From Gammaproteobacteria bacterium (GTDB lineage Bacteria; Pseudomonadota; Gammaproteobacteria; GCA-001735895): DNA of 64,000 nt. The position numbers were made by a program, and so were the translations under genes. The DNA lies in contig JBNKUM010000008.1 of NCBI GenBank assembly GCA_050298595.1, forward strand, positions 64,001-128,000, read 5' to 3'. The notes under the pieces are model-generated. The model was not told the DNA's origin. It saw nothing but the letters and a program-made list of their open reading frames with translations, and searched no databases. Shown piece by piece: positions 39,447 through 50,195 of this stretch (positions are counted from its first letter, which is position 1; each line of letters begins with the position of its first letter).

Positions 39447-39918
39447 GAAAACCACCCAGACTCAGCAATAGCAAAGAAGCTGAGACTATGATTGCCACCG
39501 GATATGAGAGATTCCCTGCCAGTTCTAACTGACTATATTTAATCACCATGATCAATCCTTCCAACACCAGTGCGGTACATACCACTGCGACAAATCGGGT
39601 AATCGATCTACGCACTGAACTATAAATATCGCCCTGCTCGTGCTCTTCGTCAGAGTATTCCTTACCAATGCCAACACCTAGTTCAAAAATTGCCAGTGAA
39701 ACCACCGCAATGTTGATTGTTTTAATCAGGCCATTGGTTATTGACTCACCAGAGTTAAATGAATGGATAAATTCAAATATCGCCAACCCACCTAGAGATA
39801 TTGACAATAACAGGAATAGAAAATAGAAGATTTTGGCCATCAGATATTTGATACTATCGGTATAGGATGTCTGATGATTAGTACTGTAAACTGAGTTTTG
39901 AATATCGACTTCTGACAT
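39415..39918 (-). CDS. four-TM membrane protein (PsiE-like)
   Basis: Four hydrophobic helices; LAIFELG, RRSITRF..ALVLEGL. Confidence 0.65.
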   Translation of the reverse strand: MSEVDIQNSVYSTNHQTSYTDSIKYLMAKIFYFLFLLLSISLGGLAIFEFIHSFNSGESITNGLIKTINIAVVSLAIFELGVGIGKEYSDEEHEQGDIYSSVRRSITRFVAVVCTALVLEGLIMVIKYSQLELAGNLSYPVAIIVSASLLLLSLGGFLKLTAQPQVA

Positions 39919-40361
39919 GTTGATCTACCTGAGTTTAAATAATTATTGATCAAGTTTGATGGGGTTATACCCTCAAAGTTCTAACGTCAGATGGTTAATC
40001 ACATTAATTCACAGTTTAAAGAAAATCGATAAACACTTGCAGATTCAACATGTCGATGAACAACTTAAATTGAACCAAAGATATACCAAAACAGTCACTA
40101 ATTACTTTGAAGATCTATAGCGTCCAGATCGGACAAGCAGTTTTCAGGAATTATGAATTATTATAAAGAGAACTGCCGTGAAGGGCATATGAAAGCACGA
40201 AGAATAGCATCAACTTTTTACTTACACTGTTTTTCCTGTCTTCGAACTGTGCTGCCTTAAACCTCAACCAGCCATGGAAAATTGAATACAGGGGGCGCAG
40301 CCTACTCGCTTGAGTCGGGAACATCAAATTGCTGATACTCACTCAAAAACAGGTCAGCCGA

Positions 40362-41435
40362 TTAACTAAGAAGAGAGACACTCTTAACTTGCGCATACAA
40401 AAGCAAACCCTCACGGACACCCAGTCCTACCGCTGATCGTCGTGTAATACGAGACAGCAGAGTTTGCCCATCGAGTAATTTTAGCCGCACGATTACCTGA
40501 GTCTGGTTGACATCTTTAGCATCTATTACTTCTGCTGGTAACAGGTTGAGGATACTGGTATCCGAATGCGCACTCAGTGACAAACTGACATCACGTGCCC
40601 TGATTTCTACACGCGCATGATGCCCTACCGACAATTCCTCGCGCGATACCGCTATTCTGCCGCTATCCATTGAAATCCAGGTCAGGTGATACTCATAGTC
40701 ATGGGCCGATACGACACCTTCCAATAAAGAAGAAGCATCATCATAACTGGCGATCGGCAGATCAAGTTGAGTGAGGAGATTAGCAGCTGGCCCCTCTGCA
40801 ATGACCTGGCCTTGCTCCATTAACACCAGGTGGTCGGCCAGTCGAGCAACTTCGTGCGGGTCATGCGATACATAAAAAGTGGGTATACCGAACTCGTCCT
40901 GCAAATTTTCCAGATACGGCAATATGGTATGTTTTGCCGCATGATCAAGTGCCGAAAGCGGTTCATCCATGAGCAATAATTTTGGACTGGTTAATAGCGC
41001 ACGCGCTATCGCTACGCGCTGACGCTCCCCACCGGAAAGTTGACTGGTATCGCGATGCAATATAGGCACAATCCCCAGCAGTTCGACCACATCATCAAAC
41101 TTTAGCAATCGAGCAGCAGGATTTATTCGACGCCATCCATATTCCAGATTACGTCTCACCGATAGATGAGGAAACAGGCTCGCTTCCTGAAACACATAGC
41201 CGAGTGAGCGTTTATGGCTGGGCACAAAATGAGTTCTATCCTGCCACACTTCGTCATTCACTCTAACCTGACCCTGAAGAAATTTATTCAAACCAGCCAT
41301 CGCTCGTAACACGCTGGTTTTACCTGAACCAGAATGACCAAACAGAGCGGTAACCCCCTTTGCCGGGGCAGAAAATTTCACGTCCAGATTAAAATCACCC
41401 TGCTGACCTGAAAGGCTGACATTGATTCCTGTCAT
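40362..41435 (-). CDS. modC: molybdate ABC transporter ATPase
   Basis: [17 protein letters not shown]-terminal TOBE (YAQVKSV). Confidence 0.96.
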   Translation of the reverse strand: MTGINVSLSGQQGDFNLDVKFSAPAKGVTALFGHSGSGKTSVLRAMAGLNKFLQGQVRVNDEVWQDRTHFVPSHKRSLGYVFQEASLFPHLSVRRNLEYGWRRINPAARLLKFDDVVELLGIVPILHRDTSQLSGGERQRVAIARALLTSPKLLLMDEPLSALDHAAKHTILPYLENLQDEFGIPTFYVSHDPHEVARLADHLVLMEQGQVIAEGPAANLLTQLDLPIASYDDASSLLEGVVSAHDYEYHLTWISMDSGRIAVSREELSVGHHARVEIRARDVSLSLSAHSDTSILNLLPAEVIDAKDVNQTQVIVRLKLLDGQTLLSRITRRSAVGLGVREGLLLYAQVKSVSLLS

Positions 41436-42109
41436 AATGACTGACTCCGTTGTAAACGGCCATTAACCAGATAAAGAATCAGCAATACCAGAAATGAAAA
41501 CACCAGCATGCCTGCAGCGAGAATATGCGCCTGATCATAATTCAGCGTTTCAACATGGTCATAGATTGCTACCGATAAAACCTTGGTTTCACCCGGAATA
41601 TTGCCACCTATCATTAGGACCACACCGAACTCGCCGATTGTGTGTGCGAAACAAAGCACCGAAGCCGTCAGGAAACCTGGTCGTGCCAGTGGTAATATCA
41701 CCGTCAGAAACCGATCCAACGGTGATGCGCGCAAGGTTGCAGCTACCTCCAACGGACGACTACCCAGAGCTTCAAAGGTGTTCTGCAAAGGTTGCACTAC
41801 AAACGGCAATGAATATATCACCGAGGCAATCACCAGACCTTTAAAAGTAAATGGCAAGTTACCCAGTCCAAGCGACTGAGTGATCGCTCCTATAGGACCG
41901 TTTGGCCCCATCAACAACAGCAGATAAAACCCAAGCACAGTCGGTGGTAGTACCAGTGGCAGAGCCACCATCGCTGTGACGGATTGCTTATACCAGGCGG
42001 TAGTACGCGCCAGCCACCAGGCGATAGGTGTACCTATAATCAGTAAACTAAGAGTGGTAATACTGGCTAACTTGAGCGTTAGCCATACCGGTTGCCAATC
42101 GAATTCCAT
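41432..42109 (-). CDS. modB: molybdate ABC transporter permease
   Basis: [23 protein letters not shown]. Confidence 0.96.
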   Translation of the reverse strand: MEFDWQPVWLTLKLASITTLSLLIIGTPIAWWLARTTAWYKQSVTAMVALPLVLPPTVLGFYLLLLMGPNGPIGAITQSLGLGNLPFTFKGLVIASVIYSLPFVVQPLQNTFEALGSRPLEVAATLRASPLDRFLTVILPLARPGFLTASVLCFAHTIGEFGVVLMIGGNIPGETKVLSVAIYDHVETLNYDQAHILAAGMLVFSFLVLLILYLVNGRLQRSQSL

Positions 42110-42154
42110 ACTTACTGCCTAATGTTGAGATTTATCTATATTACTCTAAATCGC

Positions 42155-42919
42155 TTACAGCACCTGATAACCAAATTCCTTAATGACTGCAATTGCCGCA
42201 GGATCAGATTTTACAAACGCCAGGAATGCTTTGGCTGCGACATTGTCTTTACCTTTATTCAGCAATACCGCAGATTGATCGATCGAATCGTAGTATTTTG
42301 CAGGGATCAACCAGCTTGATCCGGGCTCACCCTTCCAGCCTATTAACTGCGAGTAAGCGACAAAACCAATCTCCGCATTACCAGTTGCTACAAACTGGAA
42401 GGTTTGTGAAATGGAGTCACCCTGCACCAGTTTGGCTTTAAGCTCAGACTCAAGACTCAGTTTTTGCATAACCTGTGTAGCGGCTAATCCATAGGGTGCC
42501 GTTTTTGGGTTTGCCAGTGCAACATGAGCAAACTTGCCAGCGCGTAAAAAAACTTCGCCTGAGTCAAACAGGCCGGCCTTAGCACTCCACAGTGCTAACT
42601 GTCCTTTGGCATACACAAAGTTGCTACCTGTTACAGCAAGCCCTTCTTTTTCAGCTTTCAGTGGGCGCTTGGTATCAGCTGCCAGAAAAACATCAAAGGG
42701 CGCGCCATTCTCAATCTGAGCAAACAGTTTACCGGTAGATCCAAAAATCACCCTGGCTTTATGTCCGGTCGCCTTTTCGAACAATGGCACCAGCTTGTTG
42801 GTCACACCGGTAAAATTTGCAGCCACGGCGATATTCACTTCATCGGCTTGTGCAGTAGTAGTCAGGTTTGCCGCGAGCACGGCACAGGATAAAACAATAC
42901 TCGTTAAAAATGATTTCAT
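42155..42919 (-). CDS. modA: molybdate-binding protein
   Basis: AVAAN, GSTGKL, GAPFDVFLAA, NPKTAPYG. Confidence 0.96.
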   Translation of the reverse strand: MKSFLTSIVLSCAVLAANLTTTAQADEVNIAVAANFTGVTNKLVPLFEKATGHKARVIFGSTGKLFAQIENGAPFDVFLAADTKRPLKAEKEGLAVTGSNFVYAKGQLALWSAKAGLFDSGEVFLRAGKFAHVALANPKTAPYGLAATQVMQKLSLESELKAKLVQGDSISQTFQFVATGNAEIGFVAYSQLIGWKGEPGSSWLIPAKYYDSIDQSAVLLNKGKDNVAAKAFLAFVKSDPAAIAVIKEFGYQVL

Positions 42920-42944
42920 GATATTTACTCGCTTAATTTTAAAT

Positions 42945-43748
42945 TCAGTTCACGCCAAGAATGACATGTGATGATTTGATCAATGCATACACTGGACTGC
43001 CTACGGCAAGCTCCAGTCCATCTGCACTGTGTTCTGTGATGATTGCAGTGAGGCTCTTGCCACCATCTAGCTCAATAACGACCTCTGTATTCACTGGCCC
43101 ATGGCGCATATCGCTAATAGTCCCGTACAGTTGATTACGTGCACTGGTCTTAAGATTAGAGTCTGCGTCAGCAAGAATAATAAATGACGCCTTGATTAAA
43201 GCGTATGCATCACTGCCTACTGTGAGACCAAGATGTTCCACACTCTCTCGGGTAACCATCGCGATCAGGCTTTCTTTTTCAGTAATCGCGAGTTTAATTT
43301 CGGCGTTAACAGGGCCAAGGTTAATGTGCTCTACCTTGCCCTGAAACTGGTTTCTAGCACTTGTACGCATGCTAAGTCTCCTGATTTTAAGTTGAAATTG
43401 ATTAAAATCTTCCAGACTGCAATTCAGCCCTTCTGAAATACGCTGATACTCCTGATGAATCAGTTTTAAACCCGCAATCAAATCATATCCCTGTGACGTA
43501 ACCTGAGTGCCTCCACCCTGAGAACCTCCGGGTGATTTAACCACCAGAGGCGAATCCCAAAGGTTATTCATTTCATTCACTGCATCCCATGCAGAGCGAT
43601 AACTCATTTTCAATTGCTTCGCTGCCGCCGAAATCGAACCCAGACTGCCGATAGCCTCTAGTAACGCAATGGATTTAGAATTAACATCGTTGCTGTAAAA
43701 ACTGGCCAGGCCAGGATTGCTATTGAAAATTGTAGTTTTATTACTCAT
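42945..43748 (-). CDS. modE: molybdate-responsive regulator
   Basis: GSISAAAKQLKMSYRSAW HTH plus two TSARNQ TOBE domains. Confidence 0.95.
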   Translation of the reverse strand: MSNKTTIFNSNPGLASFYSNDVNSKSIALLEAIGSLGSISAAAKQLKMSYRSAWDAVNEMNNLWDSPLVVKSPGGSQGGGTQVTSQGYDLIAGLKLIHQEYQRISEGLNCSLEDFNQFQLKIRRLSMRTSARNQFQGKVEHINLGPVNAEIKLAITEKESLIAMVTRESVEHLGLTVGSDAYALIKASFIILADADSNLKTSARNQLYGTISDMRHGPVNTEVVIELDGGKSLTAIITEHSADGLELAVGSPVYALIKSSHVILGVN

Positions 43749-43774
43749 CTGTCAGTTTCTCAGTCTAAATGATC

Positions 43775-43799
43775 CGTTATGCAATCAATCTGCATAACG
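43775..43799. promoter_or_regulatory. ModE box
   Basis: Perfect inverted repeat CGTTATGCA-N7-TGCATAACG 26 bp upstream of modE; resembles the CGTTATATA-N7-TATATAACG-type consensus. Confidence 0.8.
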
Positions 43800-44003
43800 C
43801 TTATATCACATAGCAAATTGATTGCCTTCATAAATAACTACTGAATAAACAATGAGATAGTGCATAGCTGCACTCATGCCTATGATGATTTGAAGGATAT
43901 TTGTTTGTTTGCTTACACGGCTAATACACAGATCCGACAAAACGCTACAAAACTCTGGTATGGTTAATTGATGGGTTGTTAGCAGTAAAATACCTGATGC
44001 CAA

Positions 44004-46151
44004 CTAGCGGATGACTGATTGATTACCATTGTCTCTGTCTAACGGTAATCTGACATTAAAGCGCGCACCCTGCTCGGTATTAACTGCATCTATAGAACCA
44101 CCGTATTCCTGAATAATTTCGTGACAAACGGATAATCCTAACCCCAGCCCCTTGCCGATTTCCTTGGTTGTAAAATAGGGATTGAAGAGTTGTCCCATAA
44201 CACGCGAATCTATTCCACCACCGATATCCTCAATGGTAATCAATGCCTGATCATCAGCTACCGTCAAACCAACTGAGATGGTTGGATGCTCACAGCTCTC
44301 CATGGCATCGATTGCATTCTGAATGATATTGATAATCACCAGGTCAAGTTTCAGAGGGTTGATTCTGACATACACCGATTGCAGCATATCGAGTAGGTTT
44401 ATCTGAATATTTTTTTCGTTCAGACTGTCTTTATAAAGCGTTAGAGATTGAACAATAAGTGGTGCCAGTTGCTGTCTTTGTAAGGTCTGTTCATCCTTAT
44501 AGCTAAAAGACTTAAGCAGCTTAATGACATTTTGCATTTTAAGACTTAAAGGAGCAAGTCTGCTAATAGAGCTCAAGACTCCATCCCAGTCCTGTTTTTC
44601 TGCTTTTAACTGCACCGCTGCAATCGAGCTGTTCATCGCCGACAAAGGCTGGCTGAGTTCATGCACGATAGTCGCTGCCATTTGACCCAGGGCTGCAATT
44701 TTTCCCTGCTGAAGTAGCTCAGACTGCGTCTCACGTAATGCTCGCGTTCGACTGTCTACCAGTTCTTCCAGCGATTCATTTATCTTGATGACCTCCTGTT
44801 CTGCCGATTTTCTTTTTTCTATATTCACCAGCGTCATTAACAGTCGTTGATAACTTCCAATAGTTACCTGACTGATGGCAAACATAACCGGGGTAGATGG
44901 TTGACCATCAATAATCAACTGTGTCTCAAAAAATGGTTTTACAATATCGCCCCCCATTTTCAATCGATCTTCAAAAGCGCCGATTTGGGAAACATCCATA
45001 ACCTGCTGGATTTTCACAGGGTTGGTTTGTGGAGAAACGCTATCGATCATCAACAGGCTTCGTGCTGCATCATTTAAAAAAAGAATTTTCCCATCCAGCC
45101 CAAGAGAGATCACCCCTATGTGTATCTTTTCTATGATAGTTTCCAGTTCTCGCCGATGGTTTTGTTCTATTTCACGTGCGTGTTGCCTTGAGCGCAGTTT
45201 AGATTGACGTTCACGATAATACAGAAGACTTAAACTCAGTACGCCCATTAGTATGAGAAAAAAGATCAGTGCTGATTGAATAAAACGTTGGTTTTTTTCC
45301 AGATAATATAATGTCCACTCAGTTCCCTTGATAGGAAAGGCATTGACCAGATAAGCATCTTTCTGGATTATCCAGAAAGATAATGTAAAACCGTCCAGGC
45401 GGGCAAATTCATAGATATTCTGATATAGATTGGATAACTTAAAGCCTATGAACTGTTGTTGCTGTCTAATTTTTTGTAGCGTTTGATCAGATAATTCACC
45501 GACGCTGCGATATCGCCACTGATCCTGACCACTTAAGATCACCACATTATTTTCATCGGTGACGAGTACATTCTGCCCTGCATCCTGCCAGTTTTTCTCC
45601 CAACGTGTTAAATCCAGCTTTACCACCACCACACCAATGACTTTGCCTTCATCATCAATAACAGGCTCAGAAATGAAAAAGCCCGGAATCCCGGTAGTAA
45701 CACCGATTGCATAATAAAACTGACGAGATTTTTCGTATACCGCCCTGGCAAAATAGGGTCTAAATGAATAATTTTTATGCAGGAAGTTATTGGGTAAATC
45801 AAAATTGCTGGTAGCAATCACTTTGCCAGAATTATTCATCACATAAACCGTATCAGCACCCGCGCGCTGGGCGATAAACTTCAAACGTTGATTTAAATCT
45901 GGCTGGCTCTGATCTGTATCGAGCAAAGCAGCATGAACCCGATCATTACCAGCAATCAGAGCCGGCAGGTATTCGTATTGATCGATAGAAGAACTAAAAG
46001 ATTGTTGAAAAAAACGTGTCGCAGTCTGCTGTTCGATATTCCAGCTATGCAGTAACCATACATAAAAAACCAGACTGCATAGCAGTGAAATTGACAACAG
46101 AAGGATGGCAGAAGGTATCCATGCGACTCTAAATGGTCTGATCGTAATCAT
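44004..46151 (-). CDS. dctB: C4-dicarboxylate sensor histidine kinase (Cache-PAS-HisKA-HATPase)
   Basis: NYSFRPYF, YAIGVTTG.PG, HELSQPL, NAIDA, FTTKEIGKGLGLGL. Confidence 0.88.
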   Translation of the reverse strand: MITIRPFRVAWIPSAILLLSISLLCSLVFYVWLLHSWNIEQQTATRFFQQSFSSSIDQYEYLPALIAGNDRVHAALLDTDQSQPDLNQRLKFIAQRAGADTVYVMNNSGKVIATSNFDLPNNFLHKNYSFRPYFARAVYEKSRQFYYAIGVTTGIPGFFISEPVIDDEGKVIGVVVVKLDLTRWEKNWQDAGQNVLVTDENNVVILSGQDQWRYRSVGELSDQTLQKIRQQQQFIGFKLSNLYQNIYEFARLDGFTLSFWIIQKDAYLVNAFPIKGTEWTLYYLEKNQRFIQSALIFFLILMGVLSLSLLYYRERQSKLRSRQHAREIEQNHRRELETIIEKIHIGVISLGLDGKILFLNDAARSLLMIDSVSPQTNPVKIQQVMDVSQIGAFEDRLKMGGDIVKPFFETQLIIDGQPSTPVMFAISQVTIGSYQRLLMTLVNIEKRKSAEQEVIKINESLEELVDSRTRALRETQSELLQQGKIAALGQMAATIVHELSQPLSAMNSSIAAVQLKAEKQDWDGVLSSISRLAPLSLKMQNVIKLLKSFSYKDEQTLQRQQLAPLIVQSLTLYKDSLNEKNIQINLLDMLQSVYVRINPLKLDLVIINIIQNAIDAMESCEHPTISVGLTVADDQALITIEDIGGGIDSRVMGQLFNPYFTTKEIGKGLGLGLSVCHEIIQEYGGSIDAVNTEQGARFNVRLPLDRDNGNQSVIR

Positions 46152-46235
46152 CTCTCAAGTCTGCAATCAGAGATATTCAAAAGATCCTGATCTAAAAAAC
46201 CAATTGCCCTTCTCTAATATGGACATCAATGATGC

Positions 46236-47156
46236 TTAATCCATGAAGGCTCTTAGGTGTGCCTCTACACTGCGCGCTAGAGAATTCAATTCATAACCAC
46301 CTTCAAGACAGGAAACTACTCGACCATTGGCACTAATAGTCGCAAGCTGATACAACTGACGGGTAATCCAGGCATAATCTGCTTCTAGCAAATTAAAGTG
46401 CGCCATATCGTCATCGCGATGCCCATCAAACCCTGCTGAAATGATAATCAACTGAGGTGCAAACTCCTCAAGTCTGGGTATCCATTTTTCGCTGACAGCT
46501 TCCTTAAATGCTTCACCATCAGTTAATGAGGGTAAAGGTAGATTAATAATATTAGGTACATTGGTGTGAGCCCCCGACCCTGGATAATATGGGTGCTGAA
46601 AACTGGAACAGAATAATATTCGATCGTCACCAGACACCATGGATTCGGTTCCATTTCCGTGGTGCACATCAAAATCAATGATCGCAACGCGCTCCAGACC
46701 CCAGTGATTAATCGCGTGGTAGGCTGCAATTGCCACATTACCAAAGATACAGAAGCCCATCGCATGACCAGGCTCAGCATGATGTCCAGGTGGTCGTACC
46801 AGACAGAACACCTGATTCACTTTATTTTCCATCACCAGATCTACTCCCTGCACTGCAGCACCCGCAGCGAATAAAGCTGCTTTTAGTGTATGCGGGTTCA
46901 TAGCAGTGTCTCCATCCAGCCAGGATAAACCCGTAATAGGAGAAGCTTCAAAAACATGATCCACATAGATCGGATCATGCACCGCTAATAACTGTTCACG
47001 GGTAACTTCCTTCGCATCAAAATAATACAACACCATGCTAAGACCAGAGGCAATTAATCGGTTATTAATTGCATCCAGCCGTGCAGGCTGTTCAGGATGA
47101 TAATCACCCATGGCGTGCAATTTACAGGCGGCTTCAGTAATAATTCCTATAGACAT
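46236..47156 (-). CDS. Zn-dependent histone deacetylase family protein
   Basis: HPEQPARL, RPPGHHA, DFDVHHGNGT, SAGFD, LEGGY. Confidence 0.95.
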   Translation of the reverse strand: MSIGIITEAACKLHAMGDYHPEQPARLDAINNRLIASGLSMVLYYFDAKEVTREQLLAVHDPIYVDHVFEASPITGLSWLDGDTAMNPHTLKAALFAAGAAVQGVDLVMENKVNQVFCLVRPPGHHAEPGHAMGFCIFGNVAIAAYHAINHWGLERVAIIDFDVHHGNGTESMVSGDDRILFCSSFQHPYYPGSGAHTNVPNIINLPLPSLTDGEAFKEAVSEKWIPRLEEFAPQLIIISAGFDGHRDDDMAHFNLLEADYAWITRQLYQLATISANGRVVSCLEGGYELNSLARSVEAHLRAFMD

Positions 47157-47190
47157 AAATAATTCTGTGTTTTTCTGAATTTGTTGTATA

Positions 47191-47209
47191 TTTGTTGCAT
47201 TGCAGCAAA
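47191..47209. promoter_or_regulatory. near-palindrome TTTGTTGCAtTGCAGCAAA (PhaR-box-like)
   Basis: 8 of 9 bases match between arms; in the divergent promoter region. Confidence 0.4.
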
Positions 47210-47267
47210 ATAAATTACCTACAATACACGATATCTTTTTACTTCAGGGATTCTAAAGCCAAACCTC

Positions 47268-49949
47268 ATGAAAGACCATTACCTAAAATCGATATTTGAA
47301 CCAGAGTCTATTGCCGTTGTCGGCGCAACAGAAAGAGAAAACTCAGTTGGCAATCAGGTACTACTGAATGTCATAGAGGGAGGTTTCAAGGGCAAAATTT
47401 ATCCGGTCAACCCAAAACACGAAGAGGTTCGTAATCTACAGTGTTACCCGTCACTAAGTGATATTGATCACCCTATTGACCTTGTTGTCATCTGTATCCC
47501 CGCCAGACATATTCCCTCTGTCATGCATGAGTGTAGTCAGCATCAGGTTCGTGCGGTTATTGTGCTTTCGGCAGGCTTTGCAGAGATTGGTAAAAAAGGT
47601 GAGAGTCTGCAAAGCGAGATAGTGGATATTGCGCGTACCTACAGTATCCCCTTACTGGGACCCAACTGCCTTGGCATAATCCGACCCAGAGTTGGCCTGA
47701 ATGCTACCTCCGCAAAGAGTTCCGCGCGTAAGGGACATGTAGCCCTTGTCGCTCAATCAGGCGCTTTCTGTACCGCACTGCTGGATTGGGCTGATAGCGA
47801 AGGCTTTGGCTTTTCAGCCGTTGCTTCATTAGGCGCTACTGCAGATGTTGGTTTTGGTGATGTGCTAGATTATCTCTCTGGTGACCCTGAAACACATAGT
47901 ATACTCCTGTATGTTGAAGGTATTTCTGATGCTCGTTCATTTATCAGTGGTCTTCGCGTTGCAGCTCGTTTGAAGCCAGTGATCGTAGTTAAATCCGGGC
48001 GTAATGAAACCGGATCACGAGCTGCTGTTTCTCATACCGCTGCCCTGATTGGTAATGACAATGTCTTCGATGCTGCAATACAACGCGCAGGGGCAGTACG
48101 TGTTACCACTGTGTCACAATTATTTGCAGCCACTCAAACCCTGGCATCTGGCGTCAGAGTCGAAGGCCCCAGACTCGGTATTGTGACCAATGGAGGAGGC
48201 CCTGGTGTCATGGCTGCCGACCATGCTGCAGATCTTCCATTACCTTTGGCCGAACTGAGCGATGAAAGCATAGCCCAGCTCAGCAAGATTTTACCCGAAC
48301 ACTGGTCGCACAGTAATCCAGTAGATATTCTCGGAGATGCAGACTCCAGGCGTTATGAAGAAGCAACTCGTATTGTTCTTGCAGATAAAAATGTCGACGG
48401 TTTATTGATATTACTGACTCCACAGGGCATGACTGACCCTACGGCATGTGCCAAGGGTGTTATCAACGCAGCCAAAAAGTCCAAAAAGCCCATACTGGCC
48501 TGCTGGATGGGTGAAACCCTGGTCGCTACAGGTCGTCAACTATTTTCCAAGGCTGGTATTCCACAATTTCGTAGTCCTGAAGCAGGGGTTGATGCTTTTG
48601 GTTATCTGGCCTGTTATCGACGTAATCAGAAAGCCCTGTTGCAGGCACCCTACCCCTTATCACGCGCCAAAGAGCCTGATGTCGAAGGCGCACGTCTAAT
48701 CATAGAAAATGCATTAAACGAACGTAGAACCATACTCAGCAATACTGAATCCAAGGCTGTACTAAGGGCCTTCCAGATTCCAACATCGCCCAGTATCAAC
48801 GTCAATAGTGCGGCTGATGCTCTGGTTGCAGCTGAGAATGTGGGATTACCGATTGCAATGAAAATTAATTCGCCCGGCCTGGCTCATAAGTCTGATGTTG
48901 GTGGTGTGCGCCTGAATATCCGCGAGCCAAAAACGGTACGCACAGCATTTCGTGAAATGATCGACTCCATCACTAAAACAAATCCTGATGCTGTTATAGA
49001 CGGCGTCACCATCGAACCTATGCTCGACCTGCCACATGCACGTGAAATCATGATTGGAATTGCGCAGGATCCAGTGTTCGGACCCGTCATCAGTTTTGGT
49101 ACCGGCGGCACTGCTGTTGAAATATTTGCCGACAACTCTGTTGCTTTGCCCCCATTAAATGAATATCTTAGCCAACAGCTCATCAAGGGCACTCGTGCCT
49201 CTGCATACCTGCGAAAATTCCGTAATCTACCAGAAGCTGATTTACCTAAACTGACTCAGGTTTTACAGAGAATTTCTGAAATCACCTGTGAACTACCTGA
49301 AGTTCAGGAACTGGATATCAACCCATTACTGGTCGATGAGCACGGCGTAATAGCGGTAGATGCGCGAATTGTTGTTAGACCTTCGACTACTAACACAAAG
49401 CGTTATGATCACATGGCTATCCACCCCTATCCAACCGAGCTGGAAACCACCTGGCAACTGCCAGATGGTACCAATGTTGTGATCCGTCCTATTCGTCCCG
49501 AAGATGCATCTATCGAACAGGTATTCGTTAAGCATATGTCTGCAGAGAGTAAATACTTTCGCTTCATGCACAGCGTGGAAGAGCTCACTCCATTGATGCT
49601 GGCACGTTTAACTCAGATCGATTATGACCGAGAGATGGCACTGATTGCGGTGATCGCCGAAGGTACCGAGAACGCCTGTATTATTGGCGTAGTACGTTAT
49701 GCCATTAATCCTGATCGCCATTCCTGTGAATTTGCTCTTGCTGTCGGAGATGATTACCAACGCAAAGGGATCGGCCGTTATCTGATGAAGCGCTTAATGA
49801 CTGTGGCAAGAGACCGAGGTCTTGATGTTATGGAAGGTGAAGTATTAACCAATAACTTCAAGATGGTTAACCTGATGGAGAGACTGGATTTTCGCGTAGT
49901 ACACAATCACGAAGAACCAGAAATCGTACAGGTACGTCGCCACCTGTAA
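47268..49949 (+). CDS. acyl-CoA synthetase (NDP-forming)/GNAT fusion, Pat/YfiQ-type lysine acetyltransferase
   Basis: GPNCLG, SHTAAL, HKSDVGGV, DINPL, C-terminal GNAT (IDYDREMA, QRKGIG). Confidence 0.92.
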   Translation: MKDHYLKSIFEPESIAVVGATERENSVGNQVLLNVIEGGFKGKIYPVNPKHEEVRNLQCYPSLSDIDHPIDLVVICIPARHIPSVMHECSQHQVRAVIVLSAGFAEIGKKGESLQSEIVDIARTYSIPLLGPNCLGIIRPRVGLNATSAKSSARKGHVALVAQSGAFCTALLDWADSEGFGFSAVASLGATADVGFGDVLDYLSGDPETHSILLYVEGISDARSFISGLRVAARLKPVIVVKSGRNETGSRAAVSHTAALIGNDNVFDAAIQRAGAVRVTTVSQLFAATQTLASGVRVEGPRLGIVTNGGGPGVMAADHAADLPLPLAELSDESIAQLSKILPEHWSHSNPVDILGDADSRRYEEATRIVLADKNVDGLLILLTPQGMTDPTACAKGVINAAKKSKKPILACWMGETLVATGRQLFSKAGIPQFRSPEAGVDAFGYLACYRRNQKALLQAPYPLSRAKEPDVEGARLIIENALNERRTILSNTESKAVLRAFQIPTSPSINVNSAADALVAAENVGLPIAMKINSPGLAHKSDVGGVRLNIREPKTVRTAFREMIDSITKTNPDAVIDGVTIEPMLDLPHAREIMIGIAQDPVFGPVISFGTGGTAVEIFADNSVALPPLNEYLSQQLIKGTRASAYLRKFRNLPEADLPKLTQVLQRISEITCELPEVQELDINPLLVDEHGVIAVDARIVVRPSTTNTKRYDHMAIHPYPTELETTWQLPDGTNVVIRPIRPEDASIEQVFVKHMSAESKYFRFMHSVEELTPLMLARLTQIDYDREMALIAVIAEGTENACIIGVVRYAINPDRHSCEFALAVGDDYQRKGIGRYLMKRLMTVARDRGLDVMEGEVLTNNFKMVNLMERLDFRVVHNHEEPEIVQVRRHL

Positions 49950-49954
49950 ATTTA

Positions 49955-50112
49955 AACCTGGAATCCGCAGTTGGACGAGTTGTAGTGCATTTGCGGAGGT
50001 GTATATCAAGGCGTGACGACGCGGAATAGCGGGCCATTCCAGGGAGTTACAAGGCTATAGTAATGGTTTAGGTTGCCCTCTAACGCGAGCGGCCAACTGT
50101 GGGATCCAGGCT
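49955..50112. mobile_element. about 158-bp MITE-like element with imperfect terminal inverted repeats
   Basis: Left cctggaatccgcagttgg, right ccaactgtgggatccagg; internal ggaatagcgggccattcc hairpin; related to 10298-10661. Confidence 0.75.
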
Positions 50113-50138
50113 AAAAGGCCGTGTTTCCATTCACGCAC

Positions 50139-50166
50139 AAAAAAAGGGAGCCAATGGCTCCCTTTC
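50139..50166 (-). terminator. pnp intrinsic terminator
   Basis: aaagggagcca-a-tggctcccttt hairpin with T7 on the minus strand. Confidence 0.85.
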
Positions 50167-50195
50167 TGTACCTTAAGAAGGTATCGACGGAAGGA

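Noticed and set aside
40151-40342. 63-aa ORF after modC (also the 65-aa ORF at 43806-44003)
   Set aside because: No RBS or motifs; probably intergenic or promoter DNA
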